Origin: a virus
Strand: one strand, 5' to 3'
IMG/VR virus record: IMGVR_UViG_3300047494_000100
Location: 1 to 64,000 of that record
Length of the DNA: 64,000 bases
Shown: piece after piece, positions 35,158 to 44,309 of the stretch
Layout of the letters: every line of letters begins with the position of its first letter
How positions within the stretch are numbered: the first letter of the stretch is position 1
Program-made: the position numbers and the translations under genes
Notes under the pieces: generated by a model
Database searches by the model: none
What the model was told of the DNA's origin: nothing
Seen by the model: only the letters and a program-made list of their open reading frames with translations

Positions 35158-35489
35158 CCATAGTCTATAGTGAGTTCCGCCCCAGCCTTAATCACTCGCG
35201 CTGCGAAGAAGTCTATTGTTTTCAGCCGCCTATTATAGGTGTACCACAAATTCTCACGACCAGACCCCCCATGATTCAGCAGACAACCTTCCCCCAGACA
35301 CAGCATGTAGCGCCCCCCTAGCCAGAAGACATAGGACGCCAGCATCGATTTACCCCCCAACGCAGGATCACCAACTTTTATGGGCAGTACACAATTCCGA
35401 ATCACCAGCGTCCCCCGCCCTAGCCGCCGAGCCGCGAACACCCCCCGCCCTTTGCGTCCAGCGGAGCGCACAATTACTTTATTGTTCAT
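35130..35489 (-). CDS. SET-domain protein (putative lysine methyltransferase)
   Basis: GRKGRGVFAARRLGRGTLV, LLNHGGSG and AGAELTIDYG motifs. The segment is visibly C/G-rich compared with its flanks. Confidence 0.6.
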   Translation of the reverse strand: MNNKVIVRSAGRKGRGVFAARRLGRGTLVIRNCVLPIKVGDPALGGKSMLASYVFWLGGRYMLCLGEGCLLNHGGSGRENLWYTYNRRLKTIDFFAARVIKAGAELTIDYGWESYPWEV

Positions 35490-35631
35490 GGGTTTTCAAA
35501 TACGCTTCGATACATTGACGGGCCACAGTGGCAACATCAAATGGTTTCCACGGTTTGAGCATGCCTTTTTCGTTTGACATTGCGGAAAGCAGTACCTCCG
35601 CAACCGCCAATATTTCTTTCTTTTCAGCCAT
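35479..35631 (-). CDS. Small hypothetical protein, 50 aa
   Basis: Own translation MAEKKEILAVAEVLLSAMSNEKGMLKPWKPFDVATVARQCIEAYLKTHEQ. Confidence 0.3.
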   Translation of the reverse strand: MAEKKEILAVAEVLLSAMSNEKGMLKPWKPFDVATVARQCIEAYLKTHEQ

Positions 35632-35632
35632 T

Positions 35633-35887
35633 TTATATCCTTATGACCACATATTTCTGGCGCAGATTTCTAATCAATTGACTCGAGGGCCATTGCCCAT
35701 GTTCATTCACACATGATTTTTCTAGCCAACTAATAATTTCTTTGTCTTCAACATTCAATTCAGTGCGAATAATAAAATCCAGATCATCAGCCAAAACTTT
35801 CATGTCCGTAATCTCACCTTCTATTAGAAGATAGCGAAGCCTGTTTTCTAATAATTCATTTAACATATTCTGGTATCCTCCCACCAT
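35633..35887 (-). CDS. Hypothetical protein
   Basis: Track ORF. Confidence 0.4.
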   Translation of the reverse strand: MVGGYQNMLNELLENRLRYLLIEGEITDMKVLADDLDFIIRTELNVEDKEIISWLEKSCVNEHGQWPSSQLIRNLRQKYVVIRI

Positions 35888-35991
35888 GTGTTTCTTTTAC
35901 CCAATCCCAGATCAAGTAGCTCTCACCAATTTTCTTCACGTTCTCTTTTCCAAATTGGATACACAACACATCTAAATAGTGAATATCCTTT

Positions 35992-36186
35992 TCATACACT
36001 AGAGCCTTTTACTTTTCTCCTAAACGAATCCGCAAGACAATCAAACCTTAAGTTCTTTGGGTCATCCGGTATTGTATGATAGAACCCTACTCCAAATTCT
36101 AGGGTATCAGTCATTCCAATCGCACAATATGGGCAAATAGTTTTCTTCACAGCTTCATATTGTTCATTTGTCAGTGTTACAATCAT
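35992..36186 (-). CDS. Hypothetical protein
   Basis: Track ORF. Confidence 0.4.
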   Translation of the reverse strand: MIVTLTNEQYEAVKKTICPYCAIGMTDTLEFGVGFYHTIPDDPKNLRFDCLADSFRRKVKGSSV

Positions 36187-36461
36187 ATATTATATTTTAA
36201 GTATTTGTGGCCTATTATTGTTTGAGTAACTTTACGTTCTGGTTCCTCTACAATTTCAACATTCTCCTTGAACCAATTAAGCTGCTCCTGCATTTCCTTA
36301 AAGTATGCCTGTTGAAACTCTTCGCTCACATAATTAATATGAGGGCAAGCTGCGAGCCATTTGAGCTGAGTTTCTAGCTCATCAGCTTCTTCAAGTATCT
36401 CTATGTATGGAGCAAGCGCCTCCATGGTTTCGCAGTGTTGTTTCCATGTGATTCTACTCAT
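36183..36461 (-). CDS. Hypothetical protein
   Basis: Track ORF. Confidence 0.4.
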   Translation of the reverse strand: MSRITWKQHCETMEALAPYIEILEEADELETQLKWLAACPHINYVSEEFQQAYFKEMQEQLNWFKENVEIVEEPERKVTQTIIGHKYLKYNI

Positions 36462-36596
36462 AAAATCTCCCCTGCCGGAAAAGGGAGTTAAACAAGGCAG
36501 GGGAGACTATTTGGGCAGGCGCGGAATTCACCCTTACTGAACACCAGAATACTCTCGTGCAACAGCGGCCCAAATTCTTTAGTCTAATAAAGGAAA

Positions 36597-37166
36597 TCAT
36601 TTTATGTTTTCCGCCTTAGACAACAAAATACAAAGATGCTTCGCTTGATTCACAGCGTCATCTAGCGCGTTGTGGTGTACTCCAGCCACTGGGCGCGGAA
36701 CTGACGGATGTAGTGCAGCCACCGTCCGATAGCACCTATTAGCCGTATAGCGCCAGGGCACAGCCATCCCTAGCCGCGCATACGAGTTCTCCAGGATGAC
36801 ATTATCGAAGTCGGAGCCATTGCCCCATAATTCTCTAACTGGGACTTCCTTAGCCCAGTTAGAGAATCCCTTCAGCGCTTCTTCTAGCGAGCATGTATCT
36901 GATGAAGTAAGACAACGCCTTGCTTCCTCCGATTGCTTCATCCACCACATAATCGTCGAAGCATCCACCACACCACCGCTTTTCATTGAGCTTTCGAGGC
37001 TCACCACACGATAGAACGTTGACGCCCCAGCCCCTTCACTCCGAACCGTCTTAGTAACGAGATCCATCCTCACCGCACCAATCGCAATAATCGCCGCATT
37101 CTTATTCGTACCCATTGTCTCTAGATCGAGCATTATTGAGCTAGCCATTATTCCACTTCCTTTCAC
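36597..37166 (-). CDS. DEDDh 3'-5' exonuclease (DnaQ-like)
   Basis: MLDLETMG (Exo I), GNGSDFDNVIL (Exo II), HHNALDDAVNQAKH (Exo III). Confidence 0.7.
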   Translation of the reverse strand: MKGSGIMASSIMLDLETMGTNKNAAIIAIGAVRMDLVTKTVRSEGAGASTFYRVVSLESSMKSGGVVDASTIMWWMKQSEEARRCLTSSDTCSLEEALKGFSNWAKEVPVRELWGNGSDFDNVILENSYARLGMAVPWRYTANRCYRTVAALHPSVPRPVAGVHHNALDDAVNQAKHLCILLSKAENIK

Positions 37167-37389
37167 TAATATGTGCCACCAATAGGTATGCTGCTTCTAG
37201 CCGTGCCATAGCATCTCTATATTCTTCCGGATCAGCATCCCAATCATATGCTAGCTGACGATGGTGTGTAAGCGCCATATCTAGGTTATGGGCCGCCGCT
37301 TTAATATCATTTTTATATTTAAACGGAAAGGGAATTCTCATACCACTTTCCTCCCCGTCATCACACATAGTTCGCGCAGCTTTGCACAC
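37141..37389 (-). CDS. Hypothetical protein
   Basis: Track ORF. Confidence 0.4.
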   Translation of the reverse strand: MCKAARTMCDDGEESGMRIPFPFKYKNDIKAAAHNLDMALTHHRQLAYDWDADPEEYRDAMARLEAAYLLVAHISERKWNNG

Positions 37390-37610
37390 AATAATACCTG
37401 AGACACAGGTATACCTTTGGATACCTGTGTCTCAGAATACCCATACACTAATCTCCGATTCCCCGGTTCGAGCGCCAGTTCCCACGCTTTAGCCACGGTT
37501 TCCACCGGATAGTTCTCCCCGGTCACATAGTCCGTGACTGCAAATCGGTCAGCTTTGTCGAGCAGCCCCAGCTCATACTCATCGACCGGAGTTATTTTGG
37601 GTTTTTTCAT
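37338..37610 (-). CDS. Hypothetical protein
   Basis: Track ORF. AAAGGAGAA upstream. Confidence 0.45.
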   Translation of the reverse strand: MKKPKITPVDEYELGLLDKADRFAVTDYVTGENYPVETVAKAWELALEPGNRRLVYGYSETQVSKGIPVSQVLLCAKLRELCVMTGRKVV

Positions 37611-37657
37611 AAATTCTCCTTTTCTAGTAAGTCCAATTCCGTCGAACTTATTTATTT

Positions 37658-37685
37658 ACTATATCTTATTTCCAACAAAAGACAA
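37658..37685 (-). promoter_or_regulatory. Promoter TTGTCT-N16-TATAGT
   Basis: On the minus strand: CTTGTCTTTTGTTGGAAATAAGATATAGT. A conserved leader follows. Confidence 0.5.
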
Positions 37686-37889
37686 GTACTATTTCACAAA
37701 TCAACGAAGACTGGCCCGTATTTTTCGGAAGAGGGGCCAGCCATGTCACAAAGGATTTACACCAAAGAGCAATCAGTTCTTAGACGGTTGATATAACCCT
37801 CTTCCGCCTGTACTACAGTCATATTCAATATATGGCATTACTTCCACTTGATGCAATCTTTCACTTCTTTAAGCGACATCTTATTTGGT

Positions 37890-38222
37890 TTAGAAGTTTC
37901 TGTCATAAAATTCCCCTATAACTTTTTCCAGCTCAGACTCATTAAACCCACCGCCTTCGCCATCTCCGTCTATTTCAATAAATACATCCTTATGCCCCAC
38001 GCATTTATACAAGATGTATTTTCCAATGGTAATCGCGGACTCGATAGGTGTGGGAGTGTCATCCGTTTTAAGCGACATCTTTTTTGGAAATAAAGGTGTT
38101 TCTTTGCATTTGGGGCACTTAATGAACTTAAACCAATTGCCATCATGAGTGGGCGGTTCATACTGTTTCCATTTATGTCCATTTGAACATACAAATCCTG
38201 TCAGCTTATCTGGGTGGGTCAT
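37890..38222 (-). CDS. Hypothetical protein with zinc-ribbon-like N-terminus and C-terminal GDGEGGGFNESELEKVIGEFYDRNF module
   Basis: Track ORF. The C-terminus is paralogous to 62618..62929. Confidence 0.45.
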   Translation of the reverse strand: MTHPDKLTGFVCSNGHKWKQYEPPTHDGNWFKFIKCPKCKETPLFPKKMSLKTDDTPTPIESAITIGKYILYKCVGHKDVFIEIDGDGEGGGFNESELEKVIGEFYDRNF

Positions 38223-38422
38223 TTCACTTCCTTTGGCATATAAAAATCATATAGGGGCTGCCCAACATATCCTTTGCCCAAAGCCTTGATATTATGGGCT
38301 ACATAATACCAATTACAGCCAAATACCTTCTCCGCTCTATAGCAAGCGCCCTCGTCATCCCAAAAGGTTTTTCCTGCTATAGGGCGAGTTGTTGTGACCG
38401 TATTATTGATAGATTCAGCCAT
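38219..38422 (-). CDS. Hypothetical protein
   Basis: Track ORF. Confidence 0.4.
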   Translation of the reverse strand: MAESINNTVTTTRPIAGKTFWDDEGACYRAEKVFGCNWYYVAHNIKALGKGYVGQPLYDFYMPKEVK

Positions 38423-38560
38423 GATGCAATCCCTTCATACCGTCACCAAGAGCGCAAAAGATAAAAACATCCGCAATCATTGCGGCAGCAACCAAAAAAC
38501 CTGGATTAGTTTTTATGCCCTGTTTGTTCATCGCAAACGTGAACCATAATATCCCACATG

Positions 38561-38812
38561 TTAGCATTTACCGTCCTCCGATTTGTTCGATGGTTGAGCG
38601 TTGTCAATAAGTTCACGCCAAATTGGACTGCTTTTGTAAAGTTCTTTCTTTAGGGCCTCGTACACAAGCCTGTTATGACCATTAAGCATCTCAGCTGATT
38701 CCGGCGAAATAGTTCGCGTTATGGCTTCCATATACCCATCATTGAATTTAGTTAAGAATAAGCTGTAATAATGCAGCAAGAGCCAAAGGAATCGCGCCGC
38801 ATAAAAATCCAA
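38561..38812 (-). CDS. Hypothetical protein
   Basis: Track ORF. Confidence 0.35.
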   Translation of the reverse strand: MDFYAARFLWLLLHYYSLFLTKFNDGYMEAITRTISPESAEMLNGHNRLVYEALKKELYKSSPIWRELIDNAQPSNKSEDGKC

Positions 38813-39010
38813 ATATATAGTTTTTATAATCCGTCATCTGAATATTATCTCCGGTTAACACATCGGCTTTAACTGAACAGGGCAGTAATAACCATAAGCC
38901 TTATTATAATCAAATCGCATTCCACATACACCGCACTGTATGCCTTTTGTTGCATCAAGTGGCTCTATAATTTTGTAGCCATCATCCGTATCCTTGTTGA
39001 GTATCCATTA

Positions 39011-39616
39011 TTAAGTCGCATAGTTGTACGTTGTGGCAGGCTCATATTTAAAGTCACTTTCCATATAGGGTTTTACCTCTATTTTTATTTCTTTGTGCTC
39101 TGATTTTGAGAATTCTGGAATCCATAGAATACTGCCATTGTTATATTCTAAACCATGCAGAGACTTTAAAAAGAACCCCCTATTACTTGCGAGTTTTTTA
39201 AACTCCGTAATAATATTTTCGTACATATTCCCTACATTATTTGATTTAAGAGCAGCTTTTCTCAAAGAGAAGAATTTATCGTATGCAATATCATGTTCCT
39301 GTGGCCCAATCGCATTCATTACGTCATCATAAGCCTGTAAAGCATTAAGTAACTGTTCATTCTTTTTCTTAAGTGTCTCATTTTCCGAAATTACATAGAG
39401 GCATTGAGGGCCATTACCACAAATATTTGCCTCTGCTTTAAGCCGTTCATTCTCTCGCATTACGTCCAAAAGCTGTTTTGCAAGCGTGTGCCATCCGCCG
39501 GTAGCAATAACTTCTCCGTTTTCCACAACGCGAAATAATGGTGTTAGAGGTTTATCGCACAGCTCTTCTACTTGCTTAAGCGTCAGTTTATTTGTTACAT
39601 CCATTCCCATCTCCAT
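39011..39616 (-). CDS. Hypothetical protein
   Basis: 201-aa ORF. Confidence 0.45.
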   Translation of the reverse strand: MEMGMDVTNKLTLKQVEELCDKPLTPLFRVVENGEVIATGGWHTLAKQLLDVMRENERLKAEANICGNGPQCLYVISENETLKKKNEQLLNALQAYDDVMNAIGPQEHDIAYDKFFSLRKAALKSNNVGNMYENIITEFKKLASNRGFFLKSLHGLEYNNGSILWIPEFSKSEHKEIKIEVKPYMESDFKYEPATTYNYAT

Positions 39617-39712
39617 ATCTCAAGAAAACCGCGTTTGAACCCACGCCAGAAAGAAGAATCATAATACCATTTATGTCCTTTTAAGCATGTAAATACGGTC
39701 AGCTTATCTGGG

Positions 39713-39919
39713 TTAGAAAGGTGCATCTTCTACCTCCAAGGAATTTACTATCTGCGCCTTGGCAATATCCACATATTTGCGCGTTATCTCCATTACGGCG
39801 GCATTCCATCCTTCCATAAATGCAGTGCGCTGCTCATAGTCATTTGTGCCACCTCTCACGGCAACAGGATAAACATTCATGCTTTCCATAACAAGGTGTA
39901 GTGCTGCTTTGTGATCCAT
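39713..39919 (-). CDS. Hypothetical protein
   Basis: Track ORF. Confidence 0.4.
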   Translation of the reverse strand: MDHKAALHLVMESMNVYPVAVRGGTNDYEQRTAFMEGWNAAVMEITRKYVDIAKAQIVNSLEVEDAPF

Positions 39920-40003
39920 ATGTCTCTCAGTTCAGTTATAGTGTTGGGTAGGCAGTAAGGATGACAATAGGCGTGATGTGACGCCTCGTTTTAGGTCGGG
40001 ATT

Positions 40004-40074
40004 GCCGAATCGAACGGCTCCTTCATACGCCACGCATGATGTGCTACCAGTACACCATCTCCCGCGCATGACTC
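40004..40074 (-). pseudogene. Degenerate tRNA-like element (Pro-like, anticodon position UGG)
   Basis: Cloverleaf-like: CGGGA/TCCCG acceptor, GTG..CAC D stem with GG, TCATG-CGTGGCG-TATGA arm, GCCG-TTCGATT-CGGC T arm. It has G33, C37, 2 acceptor mismatches and no CCA. Confidence 0.3.
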
Positions 40075-40115
40075 TCGTACCCTTACTGCCATTCATAAAA
40101 TCATCCAGTTATCGA

Positions 40116-40505
40116 TTAATGTTGTTCCAGAGAATCAGTGGGCAATGTCGGCCCAGATTCATGGTAGGTAGTTCTTAATAGCTCTGTCAGCACCTTATAT
40201 TTATTACGCAAAAGAACCTGAATATCATCAGCCGCCCCATCTGGTATGGCGGTCTGATTAAATAGCCAACGCCGTATAGTGCGAGGAGACACGGCAAGGG
40301 CATCAGATAATTCGGCCTGCCAGTGCCTATATCCGTATAGAATCTTGCCGTATTTACTAAGTTCATCAGGCGTCATACATCTACCATCAGTTGCTTCGTT
40401 TGACCGTCTCTCCGGCCTGTCACCAATGTTTCCCGTCTGTAACGATAGGGCGTTATCAAGATGGCGCTGGGTTTCCATCTTCCGGCTTTTCTCCCACCGT
40501 TGCAC
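40116..40505 (-). CDS. Putative HTH DNA-binding protein
   Basis: LSDALAVSPRTIRRWLFNQTAIP is HTH-like. Confidence 0.4.
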   Translation of the reverse strand: MQRWEKSRKMETQRHLDNALSLQTGNIGDRPERRSNEATDGRCMTPDELSKYGKILYGYRHWQAELSDALAVSPRTIRRWLFNQTAIPDGAADDIQVLLRNKYKVLTELLRTTYHESGPTLPTDSLEQH

Positions 40506-40746
40506 CTAGACCGGATATGCTTTCGTTGCGTGGGTAGCTCATATATTTCCTAAATTGATTGTTGGTTGCGAGAGGCTTTTAGAATATTATTTATCGTTGA
40601 CATCCCGATCCTGTGCGGAGCGAAGGTAAGTTGTTCCCCTTTTTCTATGCGCTCTAGTATCTCGATCTGCACAGGAAGCAACTTTATTTCTGGATAAAGT
40701 GTTTTTATAAATTCTTGCAATTTCATATATCACCCCAAAGAACAGT

Positions 40747-40944
40747 TTAGTTATCCATTATTGTAAAAACCTGCGAGACAGTATCATGCTCGCCCAAGCG
40801 GTCTCTGCTTATCCGATACACCTTACCGCTATAACTGCTCACAAAGTAGATATTGCCTTCCATATATCCAAGTGCCTGATATGCAGGCTGGCTCGGTACA
40901 TATCGGATTTCTACTTTGCGCTTAAACCAGTCCCGTATTCCCAT
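40747..40944 (-). CDS. Hypothetical protein
   Basis: Track ORF. Confidence 0.4.
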   Translation of the reverse strand: MGIRDWFKRKVEIRYVPSQPAYQALGYMEGNIYFVSSYSGKVYRISRDRLGEHDTVSQVFTIMDN

Positions 40945-40968
40945 ATTTCGACCCTATAAGTAAATCGT

Positions 40969-41160
40969 TTATCGTTTTGTTTTCAGTCTTTCCCGTACCG
41001 CTTCGCCTGCATCCCACAGCTCGTCTGCCAAGCGGAAATGCTCAGGGCCAGCTACAAGCTCTGGTTTTCCATCGTTCATACGATAGATACCATCAGAAGT
41101 GGCAACCATGATCTGACCGTTGAACACGACCATTGAAACTATCGGCTTAAATTCACTCAT
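40969..41160 (-). CDS. Hypothetical protein
   Basis: Track ORF. Confidence 0.4.
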   Translation of the reverse strand: MSEFKPIVSMVVFNGQIMVATSDGIYRMNDGKPELVAGPEHFRLADELWDAGEAVRERLKTKR

Positions 41161-41211
41161 AAAACCCTATAGATAATTGATTCATTACTCGGTTGCTCGA
41201 TAATTGTTTCG

Positions 41212-41418
41212 TTAATCGTTAGCCCAAATCCGCTTCGCCTTGGCCTTTTTACCTAGCAATGCTTTCGCTATCTTTATCCCTATCGGTCGGTTGCCGTTCA
41301 AAGCATCGGAAACATATGCCGGTGACAGTTTTTTAGATAAGGCAAACTGTCTCAGGCTTATTGCTCCGTTCACCTCGCCGCGTAGCATCTTGCGTAAGTC
41401 GTCATCTGTATATTCCAT
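41212..41418 (-). CDS. Cro/XRE-like HTH protein
   Basis: ISLRQFALSKKLSPAYVSDALNGNRPIG. Confidence 0.5.
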   Translation of the reverse strand: MEYTDDDLRKMLRGEVNGAISLRQFALSKKLSPAYVSDALNGNRPIGIKIAKALLGKKAKAKRIWAND

Positions 41419-41631
41419 GCGTGCATGTTAGCGTACCAGCGTTTACTATACAAGAGTTTTATTTATCTCCCTCGGTTTTTATATACTCGTACGGTTTCGG
41501 TCTATCCCAGAATCGACATTGCGCGTATTCGCAGTTCCCGTGGTCAACTCTCAGGCATATTAAGTCAGGCCACTCGCCGCCGCCTGCACGTTTACAAACA
41601 GAATGTGCCATCCCTGAATTACAATAATTTG

Positions 41632-41787
41632 TCACGGCATCTTCTCACCTGTTGAATGAGTTATTTCAGATTCCAAACCGCGCAACTTCTCAAGTATTTT
41701 ATATGCGTCTGCTTTTTCGTACGGGCAGAATCTATGAAGAATATCGCGTACAATTTCTATAAGCTCTAAGGATTGTTTCTTATTCAT
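41632..41787 (-). CDS. Small hypothetical protein (internal ATG 41787 preferred)
   Basis: MNKKQSLELIEIVRDILHRF... The longer track ORF overlaps 41780..41986. Confidence 0.35.
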   Translation of the reverse strand: MNKKQSLELIEIVRDILHRFCPYEKADAYKILEKLRGLESEITHSTGEKMP

Positions 41788-41986
41788 TTGTTTCCCCGCC
41801 TTTAGATAGGGTTTGCGGTTCTTCTGGTTCATATTCACGATAAAAGTCTTTTTCATCCATAGCTTCCCCCTCGCCATTGTTCGGGATATAGCCGTATATG
41901 TGCCTCCCAAAATAATCATCAAGACACCAAACATCATGAAGTGCGCCCGTTTTCTTATTGCGTGCTTTTATCTTAAAACTGCTCAT
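41780..41986 (-). CDS. Hypothetical protein
   Basis: Track ORF. Confidence 0.4.
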   Translation of the reverse strand: MSSFKIKARNKKTGALHDVWCLDDYFGRHIYGYIPNNGEGEAMDEKDFYREYEPEEPQTLSKGGETNE

Positions 41987-42171
41987 GGTTTATTGCCTTC
42001 CGAATCTTCGCTCATTGTCTTAGCAATATTCTTTACGATACGGCCAAGCGTTTCCGGGTTTGGCTCATGCTGATATTGCGCGGCCTGTTTTCCGGGTACA
42101 AGCCTAGAGAGTTGTCGTTCCAATTCCCGGACGCGAACCTCTAATTTGTGAACTTGCTGCTCTAATGTCAT
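41983..42171 (-). CDS. Hypothetical coiled-coil protein
   Basis: Track ORF. Confidence 0.4.
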   Translation of the reverse strand: MTLEQQVHKLEVRVRELERQLSRLVPGKQAAQYQHEPNPETLGRIVKNIAKTMSEDSEGNKP

Positions 42172-42824
42172 GATGCACCGCCTTCTATTTTGGTGCGCTT
42201 TAGGTATTCTGCGCGTTCATTATAATATTTCATTGCTGCAAAAAGTCTTTCCGGTTCAATGCCAGCATATTCCGCCGCACTCTCCACATCATCAGTATTA
42301 AGCTTAACCACTTCCCGCTTGAGTGACATTGCAGATATTGCTGCTTTGGCCAGCCCATCATATCGCTCACGGAAGGCCTTAAATATCTCTTCGATGTATT
42401 CAGGCGCATAGGGATGATAATTGACATCTAAGTGATATATTGCCCTAGCAACGCGCTCAATCTCGTCACCCGGTATCTCACATCGGCTCGCCTTACACGA
42501 CTCATAATATGAGACAAATGCGTGAATACGTTTTGCTTCTTTAGTGTAGAAATCCCTATCATAGGGAAGATTGTCGTGCATAGTTCTTGCAAAAGCCTTG
42601 GCATCAACGCAATCTATCAATGTGCTAGGTAAAGAAACGCCTTCTTCCTTACCTTGTGGTTCGCTTAAGGTAAGGCTGGACTCATGCTGGCGGATGATTT
42701 CTATAGCCAAAGCCTTGGCGCAATTAAAACCTGTGTCAAACTCGGTATCTTGCGCTTGATGCCAAACTCCTGTTTTAAGTTTCTCTATCAGCGATTCATT
42801 TACCATCGACAATCTCCTTTGCAA
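42168..42824 (-). CDS. Hypothetical protein
   Basis: 218-aa ORF. Confidence 0.5.
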   Translation of the reverse strand: MQRRLSMVNESLIEKLKTGVWHQAQDTEFDTGFNCAKALAIEIIRQHESSLTLSEPQGKEEGVSLPSTLIDCVDAKAFARTMHDNLPYDRDFYTKEAKRIHAFVSYYESCKASRCEIPGDEIERVARAIYHLDVNYHPYAPEYIEEIFKAFRERYDGLAKAAISAMSLKREVVKLNTDDVESAAEYAGIEPERLFAAMKYYNERAEYLKRTKIEGGAS

Positions 42825-42963
42825 ATTTGCAGAGTTCAGCTTTGCTCTTAAGTTCGCTTGGCGGAGTTAGGGCGATTAGTTTTACGAATGCCACGCATTT
42901 AGCGATATTAACCGTCTTTGCCGATTCCCCTAGCATCGCATATAAGGTGCTTTTATTTTCCAT
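42796..42963 (-). CDS. Small hypothetical protein (start ATG 42963)
   Basis: MENKSTLYAMLGES... Confidence 0.35.
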   Translation of the reverse strand: MENKSTLYAMLGESAKTVNIAKCVAFVKLIALTPPSELKSKAELCKFAKEIVDGK

Positions 42964-43144
42964 TTCCCGAACCCTTTGATTGTAGTTGTTCAAGTCTTGT
43001 GGCAGCACATGCAATCCAGCCAGACAAATTATGTAAATAATTCTCATCTTTATTGAACGGAGAATTTTTATTGGTTAAATCCACCACTAAAGCCCGCAAA
43101 GTTATTATAAGGCTTTCGGTTGAAATTTCACTTATTTGCATCAT
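42953..43144 (-). CDS. Hypothetical protein
   Basis: Track ORF. Confidence 0.4.
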   Translation of the reverse strand: MMQISEISTESLIITLRALVVDLTNKNSPFNKDENYLHNLSGWIACAATRLEQLQSKGSGNGK

Positions 43145-43302
43145 TCCCTGATTCCCTTTGGCTGTTGTTCTTTAAATTCTTTGATAGCTGTTTCAGCGAC
43201 CAAATTTATATGTTCAAATCTTTTTTGTGCTTCGATCCTACTATAGAAAATATTCAGAGGTGTTACGCACATGGATAATGCTTCTAATAATTTTTTAGAC
43301 AT
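43141..43302 (-). CDS. Small hypothetical protein (start ATG 43302)
   Basis: MSKKLLEALSMCV..., with AAGGAA upstream. Confidence 0.35.
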   Translation of the reverse strand: MSKKLLEALSMCVTPLNIFYSRIEAQKRFEHINLVAETAIKEFKEQQPKGIRE

Positions 43303-43303
43303 T

Positions 43304-43483
43304 TCATGATTCCTTTGTAGCGTTAAGATATTCCTTGATTGCATCACTCATGCGCCAATACATATATTGTTGAAATTCACGATTAAGAGTGTCGAAAGGC
43401 ATATTCCCAGCGGGCGTGGTTTTATCGTAAAAATCTATCACTGCCGCTTTAACGGCATCCTCATTTAATCCGTTCTTATCCAT
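43304..43483 (-). CDS. Small hypothetical protein, 59 aa
   Basis: Own translation MDKNGLNEDAVKAAVIDFYDKTTPAGNMPFDTLNREFQQYMYWRMSDAIKEYLNATKES. Confidence 0.35.
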   Translation of the reverse strand: MDKNGLNEDAVKAAVIDFYDKTTPAGNMPFDTLNREFQQYMYWRMSDAIKEYLNATKES

Positions 43484-43495
43484 TATCCGATTCCT

Positions 43496-43783
43496 TTACT
43501 TGGTTGTCGATTTGTTCTTAAGCGCGGTTATAAGATAGCTGACCAAAATTTTGTTACCTTCCACTGAAATTCTCTCGACGAGACAATCCACTCTACCGCC
43601 AAGCCTTTTTGCTGAAGTCTCCATTAACTGCCCCATTGCCTTAATAGTTTCACCAAAAGTCTTCGAATTAAGAAACCGCCCTTCCTCCAGTTCGATGTTC
43701 ATAATGAAACGGTTGTAGCCCCCTATGTCGCTGAATATCTCGACGTTCGACTCTTCTTCGCATTTCGGACATATAAATTTCAT
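43496..43783 (-). CDS. Hypothetical protein with N-terminal CxxC
   Basis: Track ORF, MKFICPKCEEE. Confidence 0.45.
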   Translation of the reverse strand: MKFICPKCEEESNVEIFSDIGGYNRFIMNIELEEGRFLNSKTFGETIKAMGQLMETSAKRLGGRVDCLVERISVEGNKILVSYLITALKNKSTTK

Positions 43784-43926
43784 ATGTTTTCCTATGTGTT
43801 AGTAGTTATTACCAATATTTCATGACAAAATGCGCCATGATATAAATTGCTGATAGCCAGAATATTCCGGCAATCAGAAGCAATATTGTTCTTAAGATAT
43901 CACCCATACTCGCCTCATCCATTAAT

Positions 43927-44109
43927 TCATATCCCCCGACCACCACGGCCAAAGAAATTCCTTATCGCGCGCAGCAATCCAGGCGTTACATGCGCCAGCA
44001 CAACCCCGCTTACAAAATACACCCCACCCATCACAACCGGATGATCCTTAGCTTTGGGCATTTCGGGGCGATATTCAGGTGTGTCGTAACGTTCAAAGTC
44101 CATATTCAA
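43927..44109 (-). CDS. Small membrane-like hypothetical protein
   Basis: Track ORF. Confidence 0.35.
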   Translation of the reverse strand: MNMDFERYDTPEYRPEMPKAKDHPVVMGGVYFVSGVVLAHVTPGLLRAIRNFFGRGGRGI

Positions 44110-44309
44110 TCTTTCTCGGCTTCGGTTATCTGCATATCCGCAATGGGCCTGATTTCCTGCTTTACGGATTGCGTTTCTTCATCCCAAAACAAGCGAACAC
44201 ACTCCAAATCAGGCAGCGGCGTTTCTGGCAATGCCATCGACATATGTTCCGTCTTCGCTTATTCACACGGTTCCTTTCATAATCTAACCCTACAGCTACT
44301 TGGTTGCGG

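Noticed and set aside
39969-39992. A GC hairpin followed by TTTT on the plus strand, considered as a terminator.
   Set aside because: There is no plus-strand gene upstream to terminate, and on the minus strand no U tract follows it. It is left as an unexplained hairpin adjacent to the tRNA-like element.
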